Positions 1 through 9,419 of a stretch of 64,000 bases of DNA are shown here, piece after piece. Below the pieces are notes generated by a model. It made no database searches. It was not told the origin of the DNA and saw nothing but the letters and a program-made list of their open reading frames with translations. Numbering within the stretch: the first letter of the stretch is position 1; each line of letters begins with the position of its first letter. The stretch comes from Candidatus Latescibacterota bacterium (GTDB lineage Bacteria > Latescibacterota > UBA2968), in assembly GCA_965116885.1 (NCBI GenBank), contig OZ220741.1, forward strand, positions 2,560,001 to 2,624,000, in the 5' to 3' direction. A program made the translations under genes and the position numbers.

Positions 1-2
1 TA

Positions 3-419
3 ATCCGCAGAGAGTGCGGTTTCTTCCATGCGTCGCGCAACGCCTGGCAATGATGCGGCGCGAAAATCATCGTGTGAACGCGCCCATGCAGATAGGGGTG
101 CCGTGGCGGAGAATTGCGTGAGTGCATTTACTATTGTCGCACGCGCCAGGCCGTCGCGCAAGGGGATGGGGTCGCCTTTATCGAGGGGCAAATTGCCATT
201 GTGCGCGCCGGTCGCGGGAAAGGTGATGAGGGGCAGGACGTCAAAGCCGATTTGTTCGCCGAGGGATATCCAGGCCGCACGCCATTCGGCGGCCATTTCT
301 CTGCGCTCGCGCCAGGTCGCGCTATCGCGCAGTTCACCGTGCGGGACATCGGCTATGACGGCTACTGTTTCGTCGGGTTCGGGATGAAATACATCTGTGA
401 ATAATTTGTGTAAGTCCAT
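3..419 (-). CDS. Partial CDS running off the left edge; putative aminopeptidase (M29/AmpS-like) or conserved hypothetical protein
   Basis: Hand translation of the - strand from ATG at 419 is open to the window edge: MDLHKLFTDVFHPEPDETVAVIADVPHGELRDSATWRERREMAAEW...RAASLPGVARRMEETALSADY. It starts 2 nt after the stop of the upstream isomerase, so likely the same operon. Not in the ORF track because it has no stop in the window. Confidence 0.6.
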   Translation of the reverse strand, partial: MDLHKLFTDVFHPEPDETVAVIADVPHGELRDSATWRERREMAAEWRAAWISLGEQIGFDVLPLITFPATGAHNGNLPLDKGDPIPLRDGLARATIVNALTQFSATAPLSAWARSHDDFRAASLPGVARRMEETALSAD

Positions 420-420
420 T

Positions 421-1233
421 TTACAAATTGTCCAATACAGCGCGCAGTTGCCGCACGCCTTTTAGCATGAGTTCTGGGGATCCCCAGTGTTCGATGCTCA
501 CGTTGCCCGTATAACCGTCTGACAGGACCATTTTGAGCAGGTCTTCGTATTTTATATCGCTGTCGCGAATGGGGTCCAGCTCTTTGTCGGGGTTGGGTTT
601 GACGTGCAGGTGGGTGATCCGTCCTTTGATCTGTTCGTAGCCATCTGGGATGGCTTGTTCGCCACATCCGATGCCGTTGTTTACGTCCCAGCAGAAGCTG
701 AATCCCGATGTGTCGCCCAGGGCGTCGGCAACTGTTCTGGCTTCCGCGCAACTGCCGGCGATGGTCGCGCCTTCATTTTCCAGCGATAGGGTGACGCCTT
801 CGCGTTCGGCAGTTTTTGCAATGGGTTCGAGAAATGGCACGATGACGTCGAGATAATTCTCAACGCCGGGTCGATTTGCCCGGTCTCCTTTTCGCCGATT
901 GGGATTCCAGAGGGAAAATCCGCGGATGACGGTTGTATCAAATGCTTTTGCGAGTTCGATCATGCGGTCAAACATGCGCTGGTGTTCGGCTTTTTCTCGG
1001 TCGCTGTCGTGCGCGCATTTGCCCACGGGCGATCCGACGGACATAACCGTTACATTGTACTTTGCGAGTACGTCCTGGACGCGCTGCAATTCGTCGTTGT
1101 CGATTTCCTGGACGCGTTTGCCCCAGATGCCCCCGCGCAGTTCAATGCCCGTTGCACCCGCTTCTACGCCCAGGCGCACAGATTTATCAAAATCAGCTTT
1201 GTCGATTTCATCTGCAAAATAACACAGTTCCAT
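421..1233 (-). CDS. Sugar phosphate isomerase/epimerase (xylose isomerase-like TIM barrel)
   Basis: Motifs GIELRG, LSLENE, WDVNN, HLHVK, SIEHW. Start moved to MELCYF (ATG 1233) with SD GGAGGA. Confidence 0.85.
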   Translation of the reverse strand: MELCYFADEIDKADFDKSVRLGVEAGATGIELRGGIWGKRVQEIDNDELQRVQDVLAKYNVTVMSVGSPVGKCAHDSDREKAEHQRMFDRMIELAKAFDTTVIRGFSLWNPNRRKGDRANRPGVENYLDVIVPFLEPIAKTAEREGVTLSLENEGATIAGSCAEARTVADALGDTSGFSFCWDVNNGIGCGEQAIPDGYEQIKGRITHLHVKPNPDKELDPIRDSDIKYEDLLKMVLSDGYTGNVSIEHWGSPELMLKGVRQLRAVLDNL

Positions 1234-1267
1234 CCGTTCCTCCTGTGAGTGGTTATACGAATCTACG

Positions 1268-1338
1268 GAGCGTTGTACAACTGGTTCAGGCCAGTTCATC
1301 GGCAAATCAATGTAGGGGCGGTGCCCCTGTGCCCGCCC
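1268..1338 (+). repeat. Composite extragenic repeat: GAGCG-TGTACAACTGG...CCAGTTCA module plus GTAG-type REP (GTAGGGGCGGTGCCCCTGTGCCCGCCC)
   Basis: Near-identical composite at 47782-47844. REP part also at 1829-1854 and 43581-43607; first module also at 36966-37000. Confidence 0.8.
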
Positions 1339-1453
1339 GTAGGGTGGCTTGGCTACAATAAATATAATATCTCCCTTCACAGTCAAAGAAAAACGCGACC
1401 CACAGGTGTTTATTTTTAATTTTTAATTTCTGGTTTTTAATTATCATGATTGT

Positions 1454-1774
1454 ATGAACGAACAGACGCGAAAGAAAATTCTGCAATCCACACCACACCC
1501 GAAGGGGATTCGCAAGGTGGATAGAAAACGCCTGCTGGCACAATTGTCCCAGGCTGATCCACCGCCCGATTACGACCGGTATATACGATCCAAGTCATGG
1601 CAGATTAAGAGGCAGAAGTTTCTCACCCATTACAATTGCCAGTGCGTTTTGTGCGGGAGTAAAGCGCATTTGCATGTGCATCACTTGCACTACAAGACGC
1701 TGGGGAATGAGGGTGTGGAGGATGTGATTGTCTGTTGCAGGCGTTGTCATTTTATAGAGCACTTTAAGAAGTGA
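1454..1774 (+). CDS. Small standalone HNH endonuclease (106 aa)
   Basis: CVLC...HVHHLHY...CRRCH zinc-finger HNH pattern; SxSW..KR motif typical of small HNH proteins. Confidence 0.85.
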   Translation: MNEQTRKKILQSTPHPKGIRKVDRKRLLAQLSQADPPPDYDRYIRSKSWQIKRQKFLTHYNCQCVLCGSKAHLHVHHLHYKTLGNEGVEDVIVCCRRCHFIEHFKK

Positions 1775-1790
1775 TCCAGCGGTTTTGTCT

Positions 1791-1854
1791 GTCATCGCGG
1801 CATGCTTAAAGCCGCGATCCAGTATTTTGTAGGGGCGGGCCCCCGTGCCCGCCC
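1791..1854 (+). repeat. GTCA...TCCA palindromic repeat followed by GTAG REP
   Basis: GTCATCGCGGC-ATGCTTAAA-GCCGCGATCCAG hairpin, with related copies at 22845-22903 and 22920-22950, then GTAGGGGCGGGCCCCCGTGCCCGCCC. Confidence 0.7.
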
Positions 1855-1872
1855 GCACTTCCGGAGATTTTT

Positions 1873-3153
1873 ATGCCGAATATTATAATTATTACCACGC
1901 ACGATACAGGTCGGCATTTTGGGTGTTATGGTGTCGATACGGTGCATACACCCGCGATTGATGCGATTGCCGATGATGGGTTCAAGTTTACCAATTATTT
2001 TACGACGAGTCCGGTGTGTAGTCCCAGCCGGGGGGCTATGCTTACGGGGCGCTATCCGCAGAGCAATGGGTTGATTGGGTTGACGCATTCGCCGTGGGAT
2101 TGGTGTTTTAATGAGGGCGAGCGACACCTTTCGCATATTTTGCGCGATGCGGGCTATTACACGGCTCTTTTTGGGTTGCAGCACGAGGCGTCCAATACTG
2201 AGGATTTGGGTTTTGAAGCGTCTTTTGCACAGCGCGATGAAACGGGTCGCCGCGCAAACGCGCTTGTGGTTGCCCAGGCTCTGGGGGATTTTCTCAGGGC
2301 TGACGCGGGTTCCAAGACGCCGTTTTATGCACAAGTCGGTTTTTTTGAGACGCATCGTCCGCACGATTTTGGCGATGTGGGGCCTGATGATAGTAAGGGT
2401 ATTGATGTGCCGCCTTATCTGGTTGATGACGAGACGTCGCGCCGGGAACTCGCTTTGCAACAAGGTGCGATTCGCCGCGTTGATGAGGCGGTTCAGATTA
2501 TTGCCGATGCATTGAGGGAGAGTGGGTTGGAAGACGATACGCTGCTGGTTTTTACGGTTGATCACGGTATTGAATTTCCCCGGGCGAAGTGGTTTTGCTA
2601 TGACGCGGGTATTGGCGTTGCATTGCTTATGCGCTGGCCCGGTGGGGGTGTTCGGGGTGGACGGAGCTGTGACCATTTGCTCAGCAATGTCGATTTTTTG
2701 CCCACGCTTATGGATCTCATAGATCAGCCCATTCCGGATAATGTGGAGGGTTTGAGTTTCGCCAGTGTGTTCAAAAGTCCGGATGCGGAACCCACGCGGG
2801 ATGCGGCTTTTTCGATTTTTCAGGGTAGCGATAGTCGGAGTGTTCGCACCGATCGCTATAAGTTTATTCGCAATTTCAGTCCGCGGCGTCTGATAGATGT
2901 GCCCGTGGATATGACCGATCCCCCAAGGCCGCGCATCAAACAGCCGGTGGCGCAACTCTACGATCTGGAGAAGGATCCCAACGAATTTGAGGATGTCGCC
3001 GATAAACCCGAATACCGGGATGTTTATAATGCGTTGAGCCAGCGCCTGTGGCGATGGATGGAAGATGTGAATGATCCGTCACTCAAGAGTCCGATTCCCA
3101 CGCCGTATTATTGGGAGGCGATGGCAGAATATAACACGAGAAAGGAAGGGTAA
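1873..3153 (+). CDS. Sulfatase (formylglycine-dependent, S1 family)
   Basis: PNIIIITTHD start; CSPSRGAMLTGRYP signature; VDHG; LYDLEKDPNE. Confidence 0.95.
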   Translation: MPNIIIITTHDTGRHFGCYGVDTVHTPAIDAIADDGFKFTNYFTTSPVCSPSRGAMLTGRYPQSNGLIGLTHSPWDWCFNEGERHLSHILRDAGYYTALFGLQHEASNTEDLGFEASFAQRDETGRRANALVVAQALGDFLRADAGSKTPFYAQVGFFETHRPHDFGDVGPDDSKGIDVPPYLVDDETSRRELALQQGAIRRVDEAVQIIADALRESGLEDDTLLVFTVDHGIEFPRAKWFCYDAGIGVALLMRWPGGGVRGGRSCDHLLSNVDFLPTLMDLIDQPIPDNVEGLSFASVFKSPDAEPTRDAAFSIFQGSDSRSVRTDRYKFIRNFSPRRLIDVPVDMTDPPRPRIKQPVAQLYDLEKDPNEFEDVADKPEYRDVYNALSQRLWRWMEDVNDPSLKSPIPTPYYWEAMAEYNTRKEG

Positions 3154-4358
3154 TGTCCAGAGGAAAAATTGTAAATCTCGCGCTCGTCGGCTGTGGCGGT
3201 ATTGCCGGCGGGCATCTTCGGCGGTATGGAGAGCTTATTGACAGTGGTGAAGATCGTTTTCGCATTGTCGCCACGGTTGATAGCGATATCAGTCGCGCAC
3301 AGGCATTTGCCGATCAGATTAATGGCAAGACCGGGTGGGAGGTCAATAGTTATCTCTCGGTTGAGGATCTGCTCAATTCAGAGTCCAATTTCGATGGGGC
3401 CGATATATGCAGTCCCCATGGCCTTCATCACGTGCTCGCCTGCGAGTTGCTCGAAGGCGGTGTGAATATTTTGTGTGAGAAGCCCATTGGTATAACGGTT
3501 AAAGCCACGCAGAAAATTATCGATACAGCCAGGCGCCATCAGAAGATCGCCGCGAATGCCGAGCAGTGTCGGCGCAGTGTTGGACAGCGCACGATTCACT
3601 GGGCGTTTAACGGTGGTCCGCTCGGCGAACCCAGATTGTGGTACGCGATCAGGTCGGGGTGGCAGGATCCCGCAGATTATCCCGATTGGCACTGGCGCGT
3701 GGATCGCAAACTGGGCGGTTGCGGGATGGTTATGGATAGCGGTGCGCACTGGGTGGATACGATGCGCTACTGGTTTGGGGAAGTGGAGAGTGTTTATGCG
3801 CGTGTGGAACAAATGGAACAGCGTCCCCATAAGAAAGGCGATGATCTGGTCGATGACAGCCGCGAGGATTTTTGGACCAGTATTTTCAATTTTGAAAGTG
3901 GCGTGATCGGCACGTGGTCGTGGACGGTTAGCGCGCCGGGGAAGGGTTTTACACAACTCAATCTCACCGGGAGCAAGGGTACGATTGTCGAGAGCGATAT
4001 TTTTCATCCGGCAGCGTCTCAGGCGCGCGGTGAATGCAATTTTATAGATGGCACGGCTTATGGCGTGTCCCAGCTTCAGGATATGTTTCTGGATTCACTG
4101 AGTCAGGGTGAAAAGGACCGCCTCTTTCCCTATGGGCTAACCGATGGCATGGCGATTGAGTTGTGGGATTTTATCGATGCTCTGAGTGTTGGGCGCGATG
4201 TGGAAATCGATGCGGAAGAGGGGCTTAAGAGCAAGGCCGTGAGCGAGGCAATTTACGAGTCTGGGAAAAGCGGACAGGTCGTCAAGGTGGGCGATGTGGT
4301 GTCCGGAAAGGTCTGCGCGTATCAGGAGGATATTGATCAGATGTGGGGTTTGGCGTGA
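3153..4358 (+). CDS. Gfo/Idh/MocA family oxidoreductase
   Basis: VGCGGIA Rossmann motif; CEKP; GGCGMVMDSGAHWVD. Confidence 0.93.
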   Translation: MSRGKIVNLALVGCGGIAGGHLRRYGELIDSGEDRFRIVATVDSDISRAQAFADQINGKTGWEVNSYLSVEDLLNSESNFDGADICSPHGLHHVLACELLEGGVNILCEKPIGITVKATQKIIDTARRHQKIAANAEQCRRSVGQRTIHWAFNGGPLGEPRLWYAIRSGWQDPADYPDWHWRVDRKLGGCGMVMDSGAHWVDTMRYWFGEVESVYARVEQMEQRPHKKGDDLVDDSREDFWTSIFNFESGVIGTWSWTVSAPGKGFTQLNLTGSKGTIVESDIFHPAASQARGECNFIDGTAYGVSQLQDMFLDSLSQGEKDRLFPYGLTDGMAIELWDFIDALSVGRDVEIDAEEGLKSKAVSEAIYESGKSGQVVKVGDVVSGKVCAYQEDIDQMWGLA

Positions 4359-4379
4359 GGGTTGGATGGGTGACTGCTG

Positions 4380-4423
4380 AAAAAACAGGCCGCGGTCTCA
4401 AGGGATCGCGGCCCGATTTTTTT
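4380..4423. terminator. Bidirectional intrinsic terminator between convergent genes
   Basis: A-run, GGCCGCGGTC...GATCGCGGCC stem, T-run. Confidence 0.7.
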
Positions 4424-4815
4424 CACGCATTTCCCGGACGACCGATTTCGATGAGGTTGCCATCCGGGTCGTGTACGAAAACATAGCGCGTGCCGTCGTG
4501 TGGACGCACGCCGGGACCGGAGGCAACGCGCACGCGTTCGCGGTCGAGCGAGGTGATGACGCGATCGAAGTCATCGACTTCAAAGGCGATGTGGCGGCGC
4601 GAGGGGCGGGGGTATTCCTCGGCGAGGATCAGGTGAATTTCGATGTCGCCACAGCGATACCAGGCACCTGCAAAGTCGTAATCTGGCCGGGGAATGGGTT
4701 GCAGCCCCAGGAGCTTTTCGTAAAATGCCGATGCGCGCTCGAGGTTACCTGTAACCAATGTGATGTGGCTGACGCGGGTGATGCCCACACCAGCCGATTC
4801 CATGCGATTGGCCAC
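4423..4815 (-). CDS. VOC/glyoxalase family protein
   Basis: HITLVT...AFYEKLLG; HIAFEVDD; FVHDPDGNLIEI. Confidence 0.92.
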   Translation of the reverse strand: MANRMESAGVGITRVSHITLVTGNLERASAFYEKLLGLQPIPRPDYDFAGAWYRCGDIEIHLILAEEYPRPSRRHIAFEVDDFDRVITSLDRERVRVASGPGVRPHDGTRYVFVHDPDGNLIEIGRPGNA

Positions 4816-4819
4816 CGGA

Positions 4820-5701
4820 TCAATTCTCCATCAGTAAGGTTCTCATTTTTCGCATACGAGAGGGATGTTTGAGTGCCGCCAGGGCTTTGTCGCGTATCTG
4901 GCGCACGCGCTCTTTGGTCAGGTTGAGGATGTTGCCAATTTGCTCCAGCGTCATTGTTTCACCGCTGTTAATGCCAAAATAGAGGCGCAATACGCGAGCA
5001 TCGCGCGGAGCCAATGTGTTGAGCGCGGTGTGTATTTCCTCTGCCATAGAGTTTTCGAGCATGGCCTCTTCGGGGGTTTCCTGATCGTTGTCTGACAACA
5101 TTTCCAGCAAGCTGGTGTCAGGACCGTCTTCAAGAGGCATGTCATAAGAAATATGCCACCGCGAAGCGCTGAGGAGGTCTTGTACTTGTTTGGGGTGCAA
5201 TTCGGCCTGTGCGGCGATTTCTTCGATACGCGGTTCGCGCCCCAGCGATTGTTTGAGTTCCGAGGATATGCGTTCCAATTTGCTCAGGTGTTTGATTTTG
5301 TTGACGGGCAGTCGCACCATGCGGGCTTTTTCCGCCAATGCGGATAAGATACCCTGCCGGATCCACCAGACTGCATACGTGGTGAATTTGACACCAACGG
5401 TTTCGTCATAGCGGGTAGCTGCGCGCACAAGCCCCATGTTCCCTTCTGCAATGAGGTCTTCCAGGAGCAAGCCGCGTCCCTGATATTCTTTGGCTATGGT
5501 AATGACAAATCGCAAATTGGATTCGATCATTTTATTGAGGCTTTTGCGATCCCCTGCGCGGATGCGCTTGGCCAGATCAATTTCTTCCTGTGGCGTGAGC
5601 AATTCGCTATAGGCGATGTCTTTGAAATAGAGTTCCAGTGCAGAACTACTGCCTCCATTTGTTCTGGTTGAGGTGCTGGAACTCATGAGTGCGGCAGACA
5701 T
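4820..5701 (-). CDS. RNA polymerase sigma-70 factor, RpoD/RpoS-like paralogue lacking region 1.1
   Basis: Region 1.2 LELYFKDI..LLTPQEE; NLRFVITIAKEY; KFTTYAVWWIRQ; TLEQIG..LTKERVRQI. Confidence 0.95.
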   Translation of the reverse strand: MSAALMSSSTSTRTNGGSSSALELYFKDIAYSELLTPQEEIDLAKRIRAGDRKSLNKMIESNLRFVITIAKEYQGRGLLLEDLIAEGNMGLVRAATRYDETVGVKFTTYAVWWIRQGILSALAEKARMVRLPVNKIKHLSKLERISSELKQSLGREPRIEEIAAQAELHPKQVQDLLSASRWHISYDMPLEDGPDTSLLEMLSDNDQETPEEAMLENSMAEEIHTALNTLAPRDARVLRLYFGINSGETMTLEQIGNILNLTKERVRQIRDKALAALKHPSRMRKMRTLLMEN

Positions 5702-5782
5702 GTATTTCCCCCGTGACTGAGAAAACGACTCTCTTGATCGAGTGTCTTGTGTTTCAACTCGTCAAAGGTGTACAATAGCATA

Positions 5783-6046
5783 AGCTGTGACACCTTCCGA
5801 CTCCTGTATGGGAGAGAATCGGTTGTTGTCAGAATATATGGCACATCGATCATGGGGAGACCAATGGCCTGATTATGTGACAACCTGGTTTAGGGGAGTG
5901 TTACTTTGGGGAGTCGATCTGGATGGGGAAACGACCACGAGCCGCAGGGGAGCGGTGTGCTCGACCAAATCATAGTGTGGGGCAAGTATTGAGGGGAAAA
6001 ATAATACTTGGGCAGACAAGATAGCGGATTCAATTCTGTAATGCAA
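5783..6046. promoter_or_regulatory. Structured non-coding region with repeated GGGGA (+) / UCCCC (-) hairpin loops; sigma-gene leader or sRNA
   Basis: GGGGA at 5854, 5893, 5908, 5925, 5947 and 5993, several in stem loops. Minus-strand promoter TTGCAT(6046-6041)-N17-TATCTT(6023-6018). Confidence 0.5.
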
Positions 6047-6198
6047 CCCTTTTTCTATACCATTCTCCTGATATTTTGAAACTCAAGGCCATATTTTTTA
6101 GTTTTTTTAATGAAATACTTATTGGCATGTTGAGAGAAAATAATAAATAGAGTTTTATTTGTCAATAAATAACTCTTGTTTAACAAGTTACAGGCTTG

Positions 6199-6717
6199 CT
6201 ACTGGCCCTCGGTAGTGTCTGTGCCGTTGAGTCCTCGCTGGGCGAGGTCGCGGTCGAGTAAGAACAAGCCGTTGCCCTCTATGCCGACCAGCTTGATCGT
6301 GTCGATCAATTCTCTGACAATGGCTTCTTCTTCGACTTGTTCGGCAATAAACCACTGTAGAAAGGTATGGGTGGCGTGGTCGCGTTCGGACAGGGCGAGA
6401 TCGGCGATGTTGTAGATGCTTTGAGAGACTTTTTGCTCCTGGGCAAGGGAATCTTCAAATACTTCTAATGGGCTGTCCCAACTTTGTTTGGGGGTCTCAA
6501 TGGCGCTAAAGCGTATATCGGCTTCGCGGTCGTCGAGAAAATCGTATATTTTCATGCCATGGGTGAGTTCTTCCTGGGCTTGAACGCGCATCCAATGGGC
6601 AAAGCCGTTGAGATTTTGCGTGAGAAAATACGCGGACATTGCCAGATAACTATACGCCGAGTAATATTCCATATTGAGTTGTGCATTGAGCGCGGCGGTT
6701 ATGTTTGTGTTAATCAT
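6199..6717 (-). CDS. ftnA: Non-heme ferritin (paralogue 1)
   Basis: LNAQLNMEYYSAYSYLAM; QEELTH; FLQWFIAEQVEEE ferroxidase motifs. SD AGGAGG before ATG 6717; promoter TTGACA-N16-TATACT at 6800-6773. Confidence 0.95.
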   Translation of the reverse strand: MINTNITAALNAQLNMEYYSAYSYLAMSAYFLTQNLNGFAHWMRVQAQEELTHGMKIYDFLDDREADIRFSAIETPKQSWDSPLEVFEDSLAQEQKVSQSIYNIADLALSERDHATHTFLQWFIAEQVEEEAIVRELIDTIKLVGIEGNGLFLLDRDLAQRGLNGTDTTEGQ

Positions 6718-6982
6718 GGTGTCCTCCTGTTGCGAGAGGGAGAAAAAAGCAGTATCCAAAAGGGGGAGGGTAAGTATAAGAAAAATATGGGTTTTGTCAA
6801 CCTATTAAAATAATTTGTTGATTATACGTTATTTAGAGCAATAAATCCCCAATGGTGTAGTGAATTTTTCTATTGATTCTTTTTGCGAAATTGCGTAAAA
6901 CTTTAGCAACTTTTAGACGTGGAGCATTTGACTACCCTATTGTGGCCCATAAGTCACCCAACAGGAGGTTTGTTTTTTTCTT

Positions 6983-7462
6983 ATGATTCCCCAAAAGGTC
7001 CTCATGGCCTTGAACGAGCAACTCAATTTTGAGTTTCATTCGGCGTTTCACTATCTCGCCATGGAGACGTATTTTCACGGGGTAAATCTGCCCGGGTTTG
7101 CCCATTATATGCGCGAGCAATACAAGGAAGAACGGATGCACGCGCTCAAGATTGTGGATTATATCAATGCGCGGAACTGCCGGGTTCTGCTCAAGCAGAT
7201 CGCCGAACCCCCTTCTGAATGGGCATCTCCTCTGGAGGTTTTTGAAGATGCGCATCGGCAAGAGCAGAAATCCAGTGGGATGATCAATGATCTGGTCGAT
7301 CTCGCACTGAATGAGCGCGACCATGCAACGGAGATTTTCTTGAAGTGGTTTATCGAGAAGCAGGTAGAAGAGGAGGCGCAAATCAGCAGTATTGTGCAAA
7401 AGTTGAAGCTGGTGGGCGATGACGCTTATGGATTGTTTTTACTGGATCGAGATATGGGGTGA
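6983..7462 (+). CDS. ftnA: Non-heme ferritin (paralogue 2), divergent from paralogue 1
   Basis: LNEQLNFEFHSAFHYLAM; KEERMH; FLKWFIEKQVEEE. Confidence 0.93.
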   Translation: MIPQKVLMALNEQLNFEFHSAFHYLAMETYFHGVNLPGFAHYMREQYKEERMHALKIVDYINARNCRVLLKQIAEPPSEWASPLEVFEDAHRQEQKSSGMINDLVDLALNERDHATEIFLKWFIEKQVEEEAQISSIVQKLKLVGDDAYGLFLLDRDMG

Positions 7463-7507
7463 TAGATACTTGTATCTGCTGGAGACTAAAATGGTTGCGC
7501 CACAGAG

Positions 7508-7541
7508 AAGCACCCTAAGATTGCACTGAGGGTGCTTTTTT
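7508..7541 (+). terminator. Intrinsic terminator after ferritin 2
   Basis: AAGCACCCT...AGGGTGCTT followed by a T-run. Confidence 0.75.
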
Positions 7542-8319
7542 ATATGGGTACAATGAGAGGAAATTTTTTGACGGGATGGGCAATTTGCTGTACGCGAATA
7601 TCAAATGCATCTGAAACCACGTCTGGCGTCAGTACCTGATCGGGTACACCACTGGCCACTTGTTCGCCATTTTTCAACACATGTACCTCGTCGGCATATT
7701 GGGAAGCTAAGTTGAGGTCGTGCAACACGCAGAGCACACCTGTTTCATTACTGGCCCATTTTCGTGCCAGTTGCAATACCTGATGCTGATGCGATAAATC
7801 CAGGCTTGTCGTTGGTTCGTCCAGCAGCAGATAGCGCCCTGCGGTGAGATGTTTGTCCCAGATTTGAGCCAGTACGCGCGCAAATTGTACCCGCTGTTGC
7901 TCTCCTCCCGATAATGTTGGATAAACGCGCTGTTCCAGGTGCGCCACGCCTACCCGTTTCAAAGCTTTCTGTGCAATCTCATAATCTCGTGCACTTTCTA
8001 TGCCTTTTACGTGTGGGAAGCGCCCCATGAGCACCACGTCTAAAACGCGGAAGGGGAAAGTTAAAAAAGACTGTTGTGGCAAGATCGCGCGCTGTTTCGC
8101 ACAGTCAACAGGTGTTAAATCGGCAATTGGACATCCATCTATCCAGATCGTTCCCTCAGAGGGGATCCATTCACCACACATCACTTTTACCAATGTGGAT
8201 TTGCCCGCGCCATTTGGCCCGAGCACAGCCACAACTTTGCCCGGTGCGATCTGGATCGAAACGCGTTTGAGCAGATAGTGCCCATCAATCAGAACAGAAA
8301 CCTGACGCGCTTCAAACAT
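7540..8319 (-). CDS. hmuV: Heme ABC transporter ATP-binding protein
   Basis: GPNGAGKST; LSGGEQQRVQFARVLAQIW; LLLDEPT; LHDLNLA. Confidence 0.92.
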   Translation of the reverse strand: MFEARQVSVLIDGHYLLKRVSIQIAPGKVVAVLGPNGAGKSTLVKVMCGEWIPSEGTIWIDGCPIADLTPVDCAKQRAILPQQSFLTFPFRVLDVVLMGRFPHVKGIESARDYEIAQKALKRVGVAHLEQRVYPTLSGGEQQRVQFARVLAQIWDKHLTAGRYLLLDEPTTSLDLSHQHQVLQLARKWASNETGVLCVLHDLNLASQYADEVHVLKNGEQVASGVPDQVLTPDVVSDAFDIRVQQIAHPVKKFPLIVPI

Positions 8320-9419
8320 CAAAATACCTGTCGGTTGCGGTTTTGTAGCAATAAAAAGAGGAAAAAGGGTACGCCGATGACTGCGGTTACAATGCCTATG
8401 GGCAATTCGGCAGGTGCGACAAGCGTGCGTGCTACCAGATCAGCGGCCATCAATAGAGAAGCCCCCAGGAGTGCTGCTCCAGGGATTAAGTAGCGATGAT
8501 CTGGCCCAATTGACAACCGCAGAAGGTGCGGCACCACCAGGCCGACAAATCCGATTATGCCCACCACAGAAACCGATGCGCCCACAGCGAGCGCGGCCAG
8601 TGTCACCACTTCGCGCTTCATGCGTTCGATAGATACGCCCAGATGTCTGGCTTCGGCTTCGCCCAATAAAAAGATGTTGAGCGCGCGTCCATAGAGACCG
8701 AGCAAACAGACCGATATAATAATAAAAGGCGTTACCACGCTCACTGATGTCCAGGTCGCGCCACCCATGTTGCCCATGCTCCAGAATGTGATATTGCGCA
8801 ACTGGGCATCTGTTGCCACAAATGTCAATAAACCGGTTAATGCACCGCTCAACGCATTGATGGCTATGCCGGCCAATAGCATTGTTGCCACAGCTACGCG
8901 TCCACTTGTCGCGGACAATTGATAGACCAGTAGTGTTGCAGCGACTCCACCGATAAATGCGGCAATGGGCAGTGTAAAGATGCCCAAAATCTCCGAGAGG
9001 CCCTTCAATACAGTCGCGCCCAGGACAATCACCGATACCGCAGCTAATGCGGCGCCACTTGACACGCCTATCAAACCGGGGTCGGCCAATGGGTTGCGGA
9101 AAAGCCCCTGCATGGCAGCGCCTGATACAGCCAATCCGGCTCCGACGAGCACGTTCAAAAGGACTCTCGGCAGCCGAATGGCGACGACAACGGCTTCCTG
9201 GTGCGATTGAAATGTTTGCTCAACAGAAAACCCCATTCGTTTTGCAAAGATCGACAGAATCTGTGTAGGTGTAACGGATACTGCGCCAATGCCCACCGAG
9301 GCCACTACCAGTACGCATAGCAATACGCACAGTGCCAGCAATATCAGAGAAGTTCGTTTTATTTGTAAGCGAGAAATGCGAATACCATCCCGTTGTAAAA
9401 CTGTTGGTGCCGCGCTCAT
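8319..9419 (-). CDS. hmuU: Heme ABC transporter permease (FecCD family)
   Basis: IRLPRV; QGLFRNPLADPGLIGVSSGA; GIIGFVGLVVPH. Confidence 0.92.
   Translation of the reverse strand: MSAAPTVLQRDGIRISRLQIKRTSLILLALCVLLCVLVVASVGIGAVSVTPTQILSIFAKRMGFSVEQTFQSHQEAVVVAIRLPRVLLNVLVGAGLAVSGAAMQGLFRNPLADPGLIGVSSGAALAAVSVIVLGATVLKGLSEILGIFTLPIAAFIGGVAATLLVYQLSATSGRVAVATMLLAGIAINALSGALTGLLTFVATDAQLRNITFWSMGNMGGATWTSVSVVTPFIIISVCLLGLYGRALNIFLLGEAEARHLGVSIERMKREVVTLAALAVGASVSVVGIIGFVGLVVPHLLRLSIGPDHRYLIPGAALLGASLLMAADLVARTLVAPAELPIGIVTAVIGVPFFLFLLLQNRNRQVF

Noticed and set aside
28..404. + strand ORFs 28..387 and 114..404
   Set aside because: They are shadows of the - strand frame starting at 419, which is operon-coupled and protein-like.
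6718..6982. Canonical Fur box in iron promoters (also 14213-14290 and 20950-21070)
   Set aside because: No convincing GATAATGATAATCATTATC or 7-1-7 match was found; only other AT-rich palindromes.
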